From IMG/VR virus record IMGVR_UViG_3300032605_000010: a stretch of 64,000 nucleotides of DNA; one strand, 5' to 3'. The notes beneath the pieces are model-generated. The model saw only the letters and a program-made list of their open reading frames with translations. It was not told the origin of the DNA and searched no databases. Shown in pieces: positions 48,713-57,587 of this stretch (within the stretch, counting starts at the first letter, position 1; each line of letters opens with the position of its first letter). This stretch comes from a virus. Lineage: Duplodnaviria > Heunggongvirae > Uroviricota > Caudoviricetes. A program made the position numbers and the translations under genes.

Positions 48713-48999
48713 TTATTCTTCCCATAATGTTTGAGCAAACCTGTATAAGCAGGTTGATTCTTTCTTTTATTATAATAAGACTTAGGTTTTGGCATGAGTT
48801 TAGCATATTTTTCAACAAGAACCCTATCAAAATTATACCCTCTTATTTCAGTATTGGATGATGAATATGTTATAGTATGAACCCCTTCATTACATATTAT
48901 AGTATATATTTTACCAGGTTCTGTAATTTTAAATCTCATATTACAATTATAACATATACCATCTCTATTAGATATAGTTAATGTTGTACTCATTACCAC
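48709..48999 (-). CDS. hypothetical protein
   Basis: 96-aa ORF. Confidence 0.4.
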   Translation of the reverse strand: MVMSTTLTISNRDGICYNCNMRFKITEPGKIYTIICNEGVHTITYSSSNTEIRGYNFDRVLVEKYAKLMPKPKSYYNKRKNQPAYTGLLKHYGKNK

Positions 49000-49220
49000 T
49001 TTTCTATAACAGTTGAAAATGTTCCTTCAATATCTCCCATCTTACATTCAAATTCTACAGTAAGAACAGAAGAATCTAAACTATTATATGATTGTCTTAA
49101 GAAAAAGCTATCCATTTTATGGGGTATTTTAGATAATACATTTTGAATAATGTCTAATTGCCCAACATCTAATCTAATTTCATTCATATTTACCTCTGAT
49201 TTTATGTTCTCTTTCAGCAT
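48993..49220 (-). CDS. hypothetical protein
   Basis: 75-aa ORF. Confidence 0.4.
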   Translation of the reverse strand: MLKENIKSEVNMNEIRLDVGQLDIIQNVLSKIPHKMDSFFLRQSYNSLDSSVLTVEFECKMGDIEGTFSTVIEKW

Positions 49221-49524
49221 ATATTATGCCATCAGAATAACCATCTCGATAATCTTCACTTAGATCGCAGATTTTTAAATGATTATCTACTTGATCAAGA
49301 TCAATAGGATCGCGTTTTGGTGGTGCTAGGTATAGTGGTATCGAATTGCCGTAATCTACCTTATATAAATTACCGTAAGTTTTGTCTTTCCAAGCCACAG
49401 GTTCTTGCTCGGGTCTAGCAAGGAGTTCCTCTACTTCGTTTATAAATTCACACGCTTCATCATCTGGCGTAATTGTTTCAATTATTTGAGCAGCTTTCTT
49501 TAACAACTCTCGTTCTTTACTCAT
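49180..49524 (-). CDS. MSKERELL-family small protein (paralogue family 1)
   Basis: Shares MSKERELL...ELLA.PE.EP with 50104..50529. Confidence 0.45.
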   Translation of the reverse strand: MSKERELLKKAAQIIETITPDDEACEFINEVEELLARPEQEPVAWKDKTYGNLYKVDYGNSIPLYLAPPKRDPIDLDQVDNHLKICDLSEDYRDGYSDGIIYAEREHKIRGKYE

Positions 49525-49526
49525 CG

Positions 49527-49646
49527 CTATGCTCCTATACCGTGATGTTTTTCTATCGCTGTAGTATAAATCTTAGAAAATATAGGGAAATATACTAACG
49601 TTTTAGTTTCTTTAACTTCTCTGACAATCTTTTTTGGTATATTCAT
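49527..49646 (-). CDS. short family-1 member ending IEKHHGIGA (39 aa)
   Basis: IEKxHGIG C-terminal motif shared with 50104..50529 and 59913..60122. Confidence 0.3.
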   Translation of the reverse strand: MNIPKKIVREVKETKTLVYFPIFSKIYTTAIEKHHGIGA

Positions 49647-49694
49647 CCAAATATTGTTTCTTAAAATTGAATAACATGTCTCTCTTTCAATAAT

Positions 49695-49877
49695 TCATTC
49701 AAAAGTTTGCCAACTATCATAATAATGGGAATTTGGTATAAAATGTTTTGGGGCTCTTGATGACTTATGATACATTTTAGCAAACTCAGCACCACCCAAA
49801 TTGGGCTCGTATGAATTATAATTATCATTATCTCCATCATACGGATAAAACTCAACTTCACCACAATAATCTAACAT
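49695..49877 (-). CDS. hypothetical protein
   Basis: TAATG coupling with upstream gene; preferred over overlapping GTG ORF 49661..49864. Confidence 0.4.
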   Translation of the reverse strand: MLDYCGEVEFYPYDGDNDNYNSYEPNLGGAEFAKMYHKSSRAPKHFIPNSHYYDSWQTFE

Positions 49878-50170
49878 TATAGTATATCTCTTTTACTTTT
49901 CAAATAGTTTCTGAATATAGTTAATGCATCCCTTACTGTTATGACAGGAGCAGTATCGAATGATGTTTGGTAGCATTTATCATGGATTTGTTTTATAACA
50001 TCTTCTAATTCTACGGGCTCTCGTTTTGGTGGTGTAAAACTTATAGTTGGCCGTTTTAGTTCAGCCAATGCTGTTTCTAATGCTTCAATAAGTTTATCTT
50101 TATTCATTCCCCACCTCCAATGCCGTGTGCTTTTTCTATAATCCGCACTAACTGTACAAACCCTTTCCAT
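49877..50170 (-). CDS. family-1-related small protein (PPKREP motif)
   Basis: 97-aa ORF. Confidence 0.4.
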   Translation of the reverse strand: MERVCTVSADYRKSTRHWRWGMNKDKLIEALETALAELKRPTISFTPPKREPVELEDVIKQIHDKCYQTSFDTAPVITVRDALTIFRNYLKSKRDIL

Positions 50171-50529
50171 TCTTTCTTTAATAATATCTCGCAGATAGCT
50201 TCATCACTTAAAGGCTCACGTTTTAAATCTTGCTCGGCTTGTGCATAACCTTTTTTAAATTCTTTTAAACCTTGTCGTGGCGTTAAAGGCTCGGGTTCTG
50301 ACTCAACCATTACAGAAGCTCTACCCGCTTCATAAGCATCATAGACATTACTAACGGAAACACCGTTAGGCATAACAGCAGCCATAGAAACTGAAGTTTG
50401 TTTATCTGTTGTAGGCTCTGGCTCAGGTTGGGCTAGGAGTTCTTCGGTTTTATCATATAACTCGCTAAAATCATCCGTATCTCGTGCTCCTTTGTACCAT
50501 CTATAAAGTAACTCTCTTTCTTTACTCAT
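50104..50529 (-). CDS. MSKERELL-family protein ending IEKAHGIGGGE
   Basis: 141-aa ORF. Confidence 0.45.
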   Translation of the reverse strand: MSKERELLYRWYKGARDTDDFSELYDKTEELLAQPEPEPTTDKQTSVSMAAVMPNGVSVSNVYDAYEAGRASVMVESEPEPLTPRQGLKEFKKGYAQAEQDLKREPLSDEAICEILLKKEWKGFVQLVRIIEKAHGIGGGE

Positions 50530-50836
50530 CTGTATTTTCTCTATATAAAGGTCTAATGTTAAATGCTACATCATATACACCATGAGCAATTTCTTCTGAT
50601 GTAGTGACATTATCGAATATAACCTCAACAGGAGTACCATATTTCGCTAAATCATACATCCAAGCAACAGGTCTTTTCTCAGGATATGTAAGACGTTTTT
50701 CAATTACATTTGCTTGCAGTATTTGTATTTTTTTGGACATACCAGTTCGTAAATTTCGTGCTATACATCCCAATAAATCTCGATCATAAAAACTTAAATG
50801 GTCTTTTTCTAACAACTCTTGTTCAAAATAATTCAT
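50522..50836 (-). CDS. hypothetical protein (start reassigned to MNYFEQ)
   Basis: Avoids long overlap with upstream gene. Confidence 0.4.
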   Translation of the reverse strand: MNYFEQELLEKDHLSFYDRDLLGCIARNLRTGMSKKIQILQANVIEKRLTYPEKRPVAWMYDLAKYGTPVEVIFDNVTTSEEIAHGVYDVAFNIRPLYRENTDE

Positions 50837-50924
50837 CTTTAATCCTGTGAAATATGAAAAACTAACATTGATATAGCAATACCAATAAGAATACCAGCCA
50901 AAAATATCGGTATAATGGCTAAAA

Positions 50925-51233
50925 TCATGTTTTAATCGTAAAATGTTCTTTAATTTTATCTGCGCACAACCATGCAACTTCTCCTAGATCATCTTCTGCC
51001 TTATCATAAAATTCTAATGGTATAAGTTTACCACCATTGGAAACATCATGTCCTGTATGGTTGCAGATTTTAATGCATTCTTTAACAATCAACTCGGCAA
51101 ACTTTTCCACGGATATCATTCGATTCTCGAGCGGAACTCTATACCCATCTGGAGCATAGACAGTATATAAATGCACCATATAACCGTGCAAGCAACTTTC
51201 CATAGCAAGTTCTTCAATCTTTTTGTTCATCAC
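50925..51233 (-). CDS. hypothetical protein (KFAELIVKEC family)
   Basis: 102-aa ORF. Confidence 0.4.
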   Translation of the reverse strand: MMNKKIEELAMESCLHGYMVHLYTVYAPDGYRVPLENRMISVEKFAELIVKECIKICNHTGHDVSNGGKLIPLEFYDKAEDDLGEVAWLCADKIKEHFTIKT

Positions 51234-51567
51234 TGGGTTCCTTTAATTTCTTTTCAAGTTTCTTAATATCACTTTTAAGATTATAAATCTCAGATTCTTT
51301 CCAATCTAATTTTGATCTCATATCTGCTAGTTTATCAAAATCATTAGGATCTGTCAAACTTAAATCTTCTTCTGGATATATCATAAACTTATTATCATCC
51401 CAATCAAATCCTTTGTTTGCCCATTTTATATCCATACACGGTGTACCAGCAATTGCTCCTGCCTTTTGAATTGGAATACAAACACGAATGGATTCTGGAT
51501 TACGATTAGTTTGTTCACACATTATAATATCACGTTCTATGATATCATATAACTGTTTTAGGTTCAT
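51214..51567 (-). CDS. hypothetical protein
   Basis: 117-aa ORF. Confidence 0.4.
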   Translation of the reverse strand: MNLKQLYDIIERDIIMCEQTNRNPESIRVCIPIQKAGAIAGTPCMDIKWANKGFDWDDNKFMIYPEEDLSLTDPNDFDKLADMRSKLDWKESEIYNLKSDIKKLEKKLKEPSDEQKD

Positions 51568-51568
51568 G

Positions 51569-51751
51569 CTACCATCCTTTATTTCGTTCTTCTATTCTAG
51601 CACAGTTAGAACATTTAAAAATATAGTATAATCCGTTAGGTCTACCATCAATAGATTTTGCGCCAGTGCTACTGAGTTCCCAGTTGTGCCAGCATCCGTG
51701 CCATAAGAATTGTAAAATTTTAATCATTATCGTTTTCGTTATGTTGTTCAA
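51569..51751 (-). CDS. small Cys/His-rich zinc-binding protein
   Basis: WHGCWHNWE...CSNCARIE. Confidence 0.35.
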   Translation of the reverse strand: MNNITKTIMIKILQFLWHGCWHNWELSSTGAKSIDGRPNGLYYIFKCSNCARIEERNKGW

Positions 51752-51775
51752 TTATAGTCATTTTTCAGATTTTCT

Positions 51776-51976
51776 TTAATCTTTTCGTGAATTTTTCATT
51801 ATCTCCATGCAGTTTTCAAGTTGAATTTTTAATTCTGCATTACGTTTTTCTACATTTTCAGGTAGCATGTATTCTTTATATTCATCACTTCGTTCTAAAT
51901 TTTGATCTACCATTTTACATGGACAATATGGTTCGTTATACATCGGTCCCAGACATGCACACATTTTATTAATCAT
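51776..51976 (-). CDS. small Cys-rich protein
   Basis: MCACLGPMYNEPYCPCK. Confidence 0.35.
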   Translation of the reverse strand: MINKMCACLGPMYNEPYCPCKMVDQNLERSDEYKEYMLPENVEKRNAELKIQLENCMEIMKNSRKD

Positions 51977-51982
51977 TTTAAT

Positions 51983-52189
51983 CCTATTTTACTGTATTTT
52001 TATGACCACAAGGAGGACAACTAATAAATCTTATAGTATCTACGCCACCAGTATAGTCGCTTTCTTTTCGCGTTTGTATATCTGCTGGAACGTATTCTAA
52101 CATAGCTCCACAATTTTTACAAACTGTTTGTTTAACAACACTAGGATATGGTAGTCTGCTTTCATCAATTTTAATATAATTTTATCCAT
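51983..52189 (-). pseudogene. zinc-ribbon gene (CKNCGA...CPPCGH) split over two frames
   Basis: ATG at 52189 coupled (TAATG) to upstream gene but frame stops after 30 codons; -1 frame encodes the zinc ribbon without a start. Confidence 0.35.
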
Positions 52190-52515
52190 TACGCTGTAAT
52201 CCAATCCAAATCTTCTTCAAAAATTAATGATTCTGAACCATCATAATCTTCTATACGAAATTTTTGACCTACAGGAACCCATTCTATAACCAACTGATAA
52301 TATCCACCAAAATACCCATTTTCGTACTTTTCTTTAAGATATAGTAAAATGTCTTCATGAAGAATGCCATCTTCAACTGCTTTCACAACAACGGGATCAA
52401 AAACTGATTCTAATGAATCATCATCATCACCAATCCATGTAGACCAACCAGCACCAAAACCTGGACTTACAAGAACTGCTACTTTACCCTTTCTAATTAC
52501 TTTATTCACACACAC
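52189..52515 (-). CDS. hypothetical protein
   Basis: 108-aa ORF. Confidence 0.4.
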   Translation of the reverse strand: MCVNKVIRKGKVAVLVSPGFGAGWSTWIGDDDDSLESVFDPVVVKAVEDGILHEDILLYLKEKYENGYFGGYYQLVIEWVPVGQKFRIEDYDGSESLIFEEDLDWITA

Positions 52516-52518
52516 CTA

Positions 52519-52776
52519 CTAAGCAGGAAAGTTATTTTCTATATCAAAAATCAAGTTATCAACCATATCTAAAGAATTTTCAGAAGAAAATTCTTCATAT
52601 AAAAGCCAAACTTCAGCATCAGGAAATTTTCTCATAGAATCACAAAATGGTATACGATTACAAACTTGATCATCAACCCAGTTTTGTAACTTCTCATAGA
52701 TTTCTAGCTCACCAGAATCAACTCCACAAAAATGGTATCTGATCGCTATTTGAATTGCTTTTTCTCTTGTAGTCAT
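52519..52776 (-). CDS. hypothetical protein
   Basis: 85-aa ORF. Confidence 0.4.
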   Translation of the reverse strand: MTTREKAIQIAIRYHFCGVDSGELEIYEKLQNWVDDQVCNRIPFCDSMRKFPDAEVWLLYEEFSSENSLDMVDNLIFDIENNFPA

Positions 52777-52808
52777 TTTGTATTCTTATTAAATTTTAAG
52801 TATGAGTT

Positions 52809-52845
52809 ATTATACCTAACCTTATAAAAAAGGTCAAGCACTTTT
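52809..52845 (-). promoter_or_regulatory. early promoter TTGACC-N17-TATAAT
   Basis: Minus strand AAGTGCTTGACCTTTTTTATAAGGTTAGGTATAAT. Confidence 0.55.
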
Positions 52846-52983
52846 ATTCATCATCTGCAAAATATTCTTTTTTGATTATTTGTTGGTTATCGCACCAAGC
52901 AATAAATTCTATAACCAAGCCAACTAAAGTAATAAAACAAAACCCTAAAGGGATAAATACAGCTAATATTATAAACCATTCCA

Positions 52984-53457
52984 TCATATTTCCTTTTTGT
53001 GAGAATTAGGCATACCCTCTAAATAAAATTGTTCAGCATCAGATATTGTTTCAAAATAAAATGACCAATATCCATATTGACTAAAATAACACCAACTCCA
53101 ATCATTATCAGTTAATGATTCATACAACCCACCAAAACCAAAAGTTTCAATACAATACTTAATCATATCCTGTAGTGTTACATAAATTTCTTTGTTAAGT
53201 GGCTTCACTACACGAATAATTTCCCAACCGTTCATTAGAAGATAATTTTGGGCTTGTTGTTTTCCGTATGAAGAAATTCCTTTTGAATAATTTTCCATAT
53301 CTTTAGGTAAAGTGATTCCTATTACATCAGGCAAAGGAATAAATTCATCCCATCTTTTATCTTTAGGTAAGTTTTCAACCTCAGTATATTTTTTTGATGT
53401 TTCTTCTAATATGGGGAAAGTACATTCAAAATATTCAGGTGGGTTTAATTTATTCAT
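52984..53457 (-). CDS. hypothetical protein
   Basis: 157-aa ORF. Confidence 0.4.
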   Translation of the reverse strand: MNKLNPPEYFECTFPILEETSKKYTEVENLPKDKRWDEFIPLPDVIGITLPKDMENYSKGISSYGKQQAQNYLLMNGWEIIRVVKPLNKEIYVTLQDMIKYCIETFGFGGLYESLTDNDWSWCYFSQYGYWSFYFETISDAEQFYLEGMPNSHKKEI

Positions 53458-53678
53458 TATAATTTGCCATAAAAGATTTCTCTAACCTCAAGGAATTTTT
53501 CTTTAAGGTCTTCTGGATTATGTTTCATATCAAATTCATCTAATTGTTGTAGAAGTATTATTGCTTCTGCAACTAATGCTTCAGATTTTAATGGAAGATC
53601 ATCTTCGGTTGCAAGGAGAGATTTGAGTAATAGTTTTATCGATTTTCTAGCAACTAAATTTTGGTTGGGTTTATTCAC
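53457..53678 (-). CDS. hypothetical protein
   Basis: 73-aa ORF. Confidence 0.4.
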   Translation of the reverse strand: MNKPNQNLVARKSIKLLLKSLLATEDDLPLKSEALVAEAIILLQQLDEFDMKHNPEDLKEKFLEVREIFYGKL

Positions 53679-53923
53679 AACAATTTCTCTATTTCAACAA
53701 TAGTACATTTTATATCTAAAAGTTTTCCTCTTAGATTATGCCTTTCTATGTACATTAAGTTTATAATATCATCGTATAAAACATTATTATGTTTAGAAAA
53801 ATTCCATTCTGATCCATAAGCTTTCATTATAAAATGACGAGAATTATCAATTATTTGATCAAAGAATGCTATTTCATTTTCCAGTTCTTGTTTTTTTCGT
53901 AAAAATTTTTCTAATTTGCTCAT
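53675..53923 (-). CDS. hypothetical protein
   Basis: 82-aa ORF. Confidence 0.4.
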   Translation of the reverse strand: MSKLEKFLRKKQELENEIAFFDQIIDNSRHFIMKAYGSEWNFSKHNNVLYDDIINLMYIERHNLRGKLLDIKCTIVEIEKLL

Positions 53924-54273
53924 CGCTTGAATGCCTCAATTTCTTCGTTAGTTAATGGTTCAAACTCGTTGATATTTAAAAATGCACCATAAGTAACACT
54001 AATATCTCCATCTTCTTTGTGTTTAATTAAAATTCCATGTTCAGGTATATTGTCATACCATTGTTTTTTTATAACAGATTGAATTTTTTTATATATATCT
54101 CTATTTTGCAATCCAATATCTTCTAAAGTTCTACAACATCTTTGTAGTAAATCATCACGAATTTCTATTTCAGATTTTTGTTGCTCAATCATTTTCCTCA
54201 TAGTATCCAAATTCGATTTTAATGATTCTATCATAGTATCTTTAGTTTTCCATTGTTCTTGGTCAGTAAACAT
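53920..54273 (-). CDS. hypothetical protein
   Basis: 117-aa ORF. Confidence 0.4.
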   Translation of the reverse strand: MFTDQEQWKTKDTMIESLKSNLDTMRKMIEQQKSEIEIRDDLLQRCCRTLEDIGLQNRDIYKKIQSVIKKQWYDNIPEHGILIKHKEDGDISVTYGAFLNINEFEPLTNEEIEAFKR

Positions 54274-54275
54274 AA

Positions 54276-54533
54276 TTAATCCAAATAAAAAGTTTCAATA
54301 AGAAATCCACCTTGATCATTCATCCAACCACCATTAGGTTCTAACTCTCTGATAGTATATGAGTCACCGACTAGAACTTCCATTCTGTAAATATCACTAG
54401 TATCACCACCTATTTCTACAATGATCGTACAACCATTTTTTAACACACCAGAATACCTAAATCGGTATTTGTAATAAGAGGAAAATGTTACTACTACATC
54501 ACCATATTTTTCTATAAATTCATCGTATAACAT
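54276..54533 (-). CDS. hypothetical protein
   Basis: 85-aa ORF. Confidence 0.4.
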   Translation of the reverse strand: MLYDEFIEKYGDVVVTFSSYYKYRFRYSGVLKNGCTIIVEIGGDTSDIYRMEVLVGDSYTIRELEPNGGWMNDQGGFLIETFYLD

Positions 54534-54559
54534 ATGTATCCTATTAAATTGTATATTCT

Positions 54560-54592
54560 ATTATAACTCGATGTATGAAATTAGTCAAGCAA
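54560..54592 (-). promoter_or_regulatory. early promoter TTGACT-N17-TATAAT; -35 overlaps stop codon of upstream repeat-protein gene
   Basis: Minus strand GCTTGACTAATTTCATACATCGAGTTATAAT. Confidence 0.55.
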
Positions 54593-55319
54593 TAGGTTCA
54601 AAGTATGGAATAATTAAATCGCCATACCGTTTTAATTGTCCATTATCATAATATTCCGATTCGTATATTTCCCAACCTCCATCAGAATCATCAATTCTAA
54701 TCAGATTGTTGTTCTGGTCATATTGATATTTTGACCAGTCCCCATCAGAATAATCAATTCTGGTTTGATTGCCATTTTGATCGTATTGTGTTGTTACCCA
54801 ATATCCAGAAGAATAATCATATCTTATTTCATTATTATTCTGATCATATTGATATTTTATCCAGTCTCCATTACAAGAATCAACTCTAATTCGATTGCCG
54901 TTTTCATCGTATTGATAAGTTTTCCAAAACCCAGTAGATTTATCAACTCTAATTCGATTGCCGTTTTCATCGTATTGATAAGTTTTCCAAAACCCAGTAG
55001 ATTTATCAACTCTAATCAGGTTATTATTCTGGTCATATTGATATTTTATCCAGTCTCCATTACAAGAATCAACTCTAATTCGATTGCCGTTTTCATCGTA
55101 TTGATAAGTTTCCCAAAACCCAGTAGATTTATCAACTCTAATCAGGTTATTATTGCTATCAAAGGTTCTATCTTTTAACCATTTTACAAAATTAATATAA
55201 TCGCCTTGAACCTCCCCTAAACGATCCAAAGGAAATCCAAACAATTTATTTCTTTCACAGAAATCAATTCCCTCTTTACAAGCTTTTACTTTAAGTAACA
55301 TCTCTCTATTCAATTTCAT
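54585..55319 (-). CDS. MORN-variant/YD-like repeat protein (244 aa; ~8 x 19-aa repeats), paralogue of 55375..56361
   Basis: Conserved N-terminal 55 aa (MKLN..ML....AC.EGIDFCERNKLFGFPLDRL.EVQGDY), repeats xYD(Q/E)N(N/G)NxIRxDxSxG(F/Y)W(E/K)T(Y/K)(Q/E), C-terminal LIIPYFEPIA. Confidence 0.55.
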   Translation of the reverse strand: MKLNREMLLKVKACKEGIDFCERNKLFGFPLDRLGEVQGDYINFVKWLKDRTFDSNNNLIRVDKSTGFWETYQYDENGNRIRVDSCNGDWIKYQYDQNNNLIRVDKSTGFWKTYQYDENGNRIRVDKSTGFWKTYQYDENGNRIRVDSCNGDWIKYQYDQNNNEIRYDYSSGYWVTTQYDQNGNQTRIDYSDGDWSKYQYDQNNNLIRIDDSDGGWEIYESEYYDNGQLKRYGDLIIPYFEPIA

Positions 55320-55339
55320 AACATTATCTCATTTTAAAA

Positions 55340-55372
55340 AGTATATTCTATTATAACTCGATGTATGAAATT
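55340..55372 (-). promoter_or_regulatory. early promoter TTGACT-N17-TATAAT (identical copy of 54560-54592)
   Basis: Identical ~75-bp block downstream of both repeat-protein genes. Confidence 0.55.
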
Positions 55373-55374
55373 AG

Positions 55375-56361
55375 TCAAGCAATAGGTTCAAAGTATGGAA
55401 TAATTAAATCATCATATCTTTTTAATTGTCCATTGTCATAAAATTCCGATTCATGTGTTTCAGACTTTCCAAAAGAATTCTGATGTCCAATCAAGTTATT
55501 ATTCTGATCGTATTGTCTTGTTTCCAAATACCCCGAAGAATGATCAACTCTAATCAAGTTATTGTTCTGATCGTATTGTGTTGTTACCCAATATCCAGAA
55601 GAAGTATCATCTCTAATCAAGTTATTATTCTGATCGTATTCTTTTGTTTCCCAATATCCAGAAGAAGTATCAGTTCTGATGATATTATTGTTCTGATCAT
55701 ATTCTTTTGTTTCCCAATACCCCGAAGAATGATCAACTCTAATCAAGTTATTGTTCTGATCATATTCTTTTGTTTGCCAATAACCATTAGAGTCAGAATA
55801 TTTAATCAGGTTATTGTTCTGGTCGTATTGTCTTATTTCCCAATACCCAGTAGATTTAACAATTCTTATCGCGTTATTGTTTTGGTCATATTCTTTTGTT
55901 TCCCAATACCCAGTAGATTTAACAATTCTTATCGCATTATTGTTTTGGTCATATTCTTTTGTTTCCCAATAACCATTAGAGTCAGAATATTTAATCAGGT
56001 TATTATTCTGATCATATTCTTTTGTTTCCCAATAACCATTAGAGTCAGAATATTTAATCAGGTTATTATTCTGATCATATTCTTTTGTTATCTTATACCC
56101 ATAATAATTTTCAAACTTAATCAGGTTATTATTCTGATCATATTCTTTTGTTTCCCAATATCCAGAAGAAGTATCAGTTCTGATGATATTATTGTTTTGA
56201 TCAAAATTTTTACACTTTAACCATTTTACAAAATACTCATAATCGCCTTGAACTTCATCTAAACGATCTAATGGAAATCCAAATAATTTATTCCGTTCAC
56301 AGAAATCGATCCCCTCAGCACACGCATTAGCTCGTTCTAACATATCTTTATTTAATTTCAT
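55375..56361 (-). CDS. MORN-variant/YD-like repeat protein (328 aa; ~13 repeats)
   Basis: As for 54585..55319; plus-strand ORFs 54765..55178 and 55426..56220 are repeat shadows. Confidence 0.55.
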   Translation of the reverse strand: MKLNKDMLERANACAEGIDFCERNKLFGFPLDRLDEVQGDYEYFVKWLKCKNFDQNNNIIRTDTSSGYWETKEYDQNNNLIKFENYYGYKITKEYDQNNNLIKYSDSNGYWETKEYDQNNNLIKYSDSNGYWETKEYDQNNNAIRIVKSTGYWETKEYDQNNNAIRIVKSTGYWEIRQYDQNNNLIKYSDSNGYWQTKEYDQNNNLIRVDHSSGYWETKEYDQNNNIIRTDTSSGYWETKEYDQNNNLIRDDTSSGYWVTTQYDQNNNLIRVDHSSGYLETRQYDQNNNLIGHQNSFGKSETHESEFYDNGQLKRYDDLIIPYFEPIA

Positions 56362-56479
56362 ATTATTTTCTCACTTGTATCTGCTTCAATTTTATCTAAT
56401 CTGGTTTCCAGATATACAGAAAGAAATAAACTCTCTTCACCATTAAACATTTCATATCCTAAAATTAAAAGTATAACTT

Positions 56480-56515
56480 ATTATACTTTGTTGTATGCTA
56501 TTAGTCAAGAACTTT
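56480..56515 (-). promoter_or_regulatory. early promoter TTGACT-N17-TATAAT
   Basis: Minus strand TTCTTGACTAATAGCATACAACAAAGTATAAT. Confidence 0.5.
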
Positions 56516-56523
56516 AGGTGGTA

Positions 56524-56796
56524 TCATATTATAATCCACCCATAACTATCCCAAGAGTCTTCGTCAGAATAACATTTAAGAATTTTTGAAAGTGCTATTT
56601 CTGGAGTATCCCCAGAACAACGCATATACCACATATTCTTTTCAGAATCTATAAATTCTATTTCTGCTCTCCAATCGCTATCACATTTTTCTGATAGTGT
56701 TATTTTATCTATTTTAGATGTAGCCATAACAATCGTCCTCTTTATTTTCGTAATAAGAAAAAGATCCACATAAACATTCTGTTTCACAATAAGCAT
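56524..56796 (-). CDS. hypothetical protein
   Basis: 90-aa ORF. Confidence 0.4.
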   Translation of the reverse strand: MLIVKQNVYVDLFLITKIKRTIVMATSKIDKITLSEKCDSDWRAEIEFIDSEKNMWYMRCSGDTPEIALSKILKCYSDEDSWDSYGWIII

Positions 56797-56971
56797 GGCA
56801 AATACAGGTTCTAGTCAATTCACCATTACTTAAATCTAACCAATATCCAACCTTACCGAATCTTTCACTATCCAATACCAAAATTGGATATCTTGGGTCT
56901 TCATATGATAAGTCTGCTTCAACACCTAATTCTTTATTAAGAAGCATCTTAAACACCCTTTTCATATTCAT
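56714..56971 (-). CDS. hypothetical Cys-rich protein
   Basis: 85-aa ORF, CICHAYCETECLCGSF. Confidence 0.35.
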   Translation of the reverse strand: MNMKRVFKMLLNKELGVEADLSYEDPRYPILVLDSERFGKVGYWLDLSNGELTRTCICHAYCETECLCGSFSYYENKEDDCYGYI

Positions 56972-57191
56972 GAAACCATTTTAAAAATTCTTTAGTACAA
57001 GATAAGCATATCCATACTAATCCGTTATGCTCAGAACCAGCACCATTACCCCACATATCTCTACCACCTGTATTGCCTCTATATGATATTTCAGTATATC
57101 CCCATTCTCGACCGCTAGTATCTCTAGTATCTTTTTCAGAACCGCATCTATCACAACAAACTTTTTCTACAGTAACTTTTGTTATGCCCAT
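56949..57191 (-). CDS. small zinc-ribbon protein
   Basis: CCDRCGS...CLSCTKEF. Confidence 0.4.
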   Translation of the reverse strand: MGITKVTVEKVCCDRCGSEKDTRDTSGREWGYTEISYRGNTGGRDMWGNGAGSEHNGLVWICLSCTKEFLKWFHEYEKGV

Positions 57192-57202
57192 TTTAACCTC
57201 TA

Positions 57203-57415
57203 TTATAATATTTCAAATTTATCTAAAGGTACGGCTTTGGTGTCTTTTATATTCATAATGATTACAAACTGCTCTAATTTATCTAACCAAAAATTTGCCA
57301 TACTACCTACACCAGAGGCACATTCTAATTCTTTTAGTAACCGATTGTATACTAACAATTCTTCTTTAGTCATTGTCGTAACTGTCCAAACTTTTATAAA
57401 AATTATCAAATACAT
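57203..57415 (-). CDS. hypothetical protein
   Basis: 70-aa ORF. Confidence 0.35.
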   Translation of the reverse strand: MYLIIFIKVWTVTTMTKEELLVYNRLLKELECASGVGSMANFWLDKLEQFVIIMNIKDTKAVPLDKFEIL

Positions 57416-57587
57416 CTTCTAAAGAACGTCTGCATTTTATTAAAGTGTTGGTTTTTGTATCAATCACAACATCAGCATTTAAATATGTTTCAAAATTAAA
57501 TGTTTCAAAATCATGTTCAAATCCTTCTGGAACATAAAATAGAATATTTGGATCCTTTTCAAATATAATTTTTTTATACTTTATCAT
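57366..57587 (-). CDS. hypothetical protein
   Basis: 73-aa ORF. Confidence 0.35.
   Translation of the reverse strand: MIKYKKIIFEKDPNILFYVPEGFEHDFETFNFETYLNADVVIDTKTNTLIKCRRSLEDVFDNFYKSLDSYDND

Noticed and set aside
49661-49864. GTG-initiated hydrophobic ORF 49661..49864
   Set aside because: Overlaps the ATG-initiated, TAATG-coupled ORF 49695..49877 which has better start context
54765-56220. Plus-strand ORFs 54765..55178 and 55426..56220
   Set aside because: Antisense shadows of the MORN/YD-like repeat genes (hydrophobic low-complexity translations)
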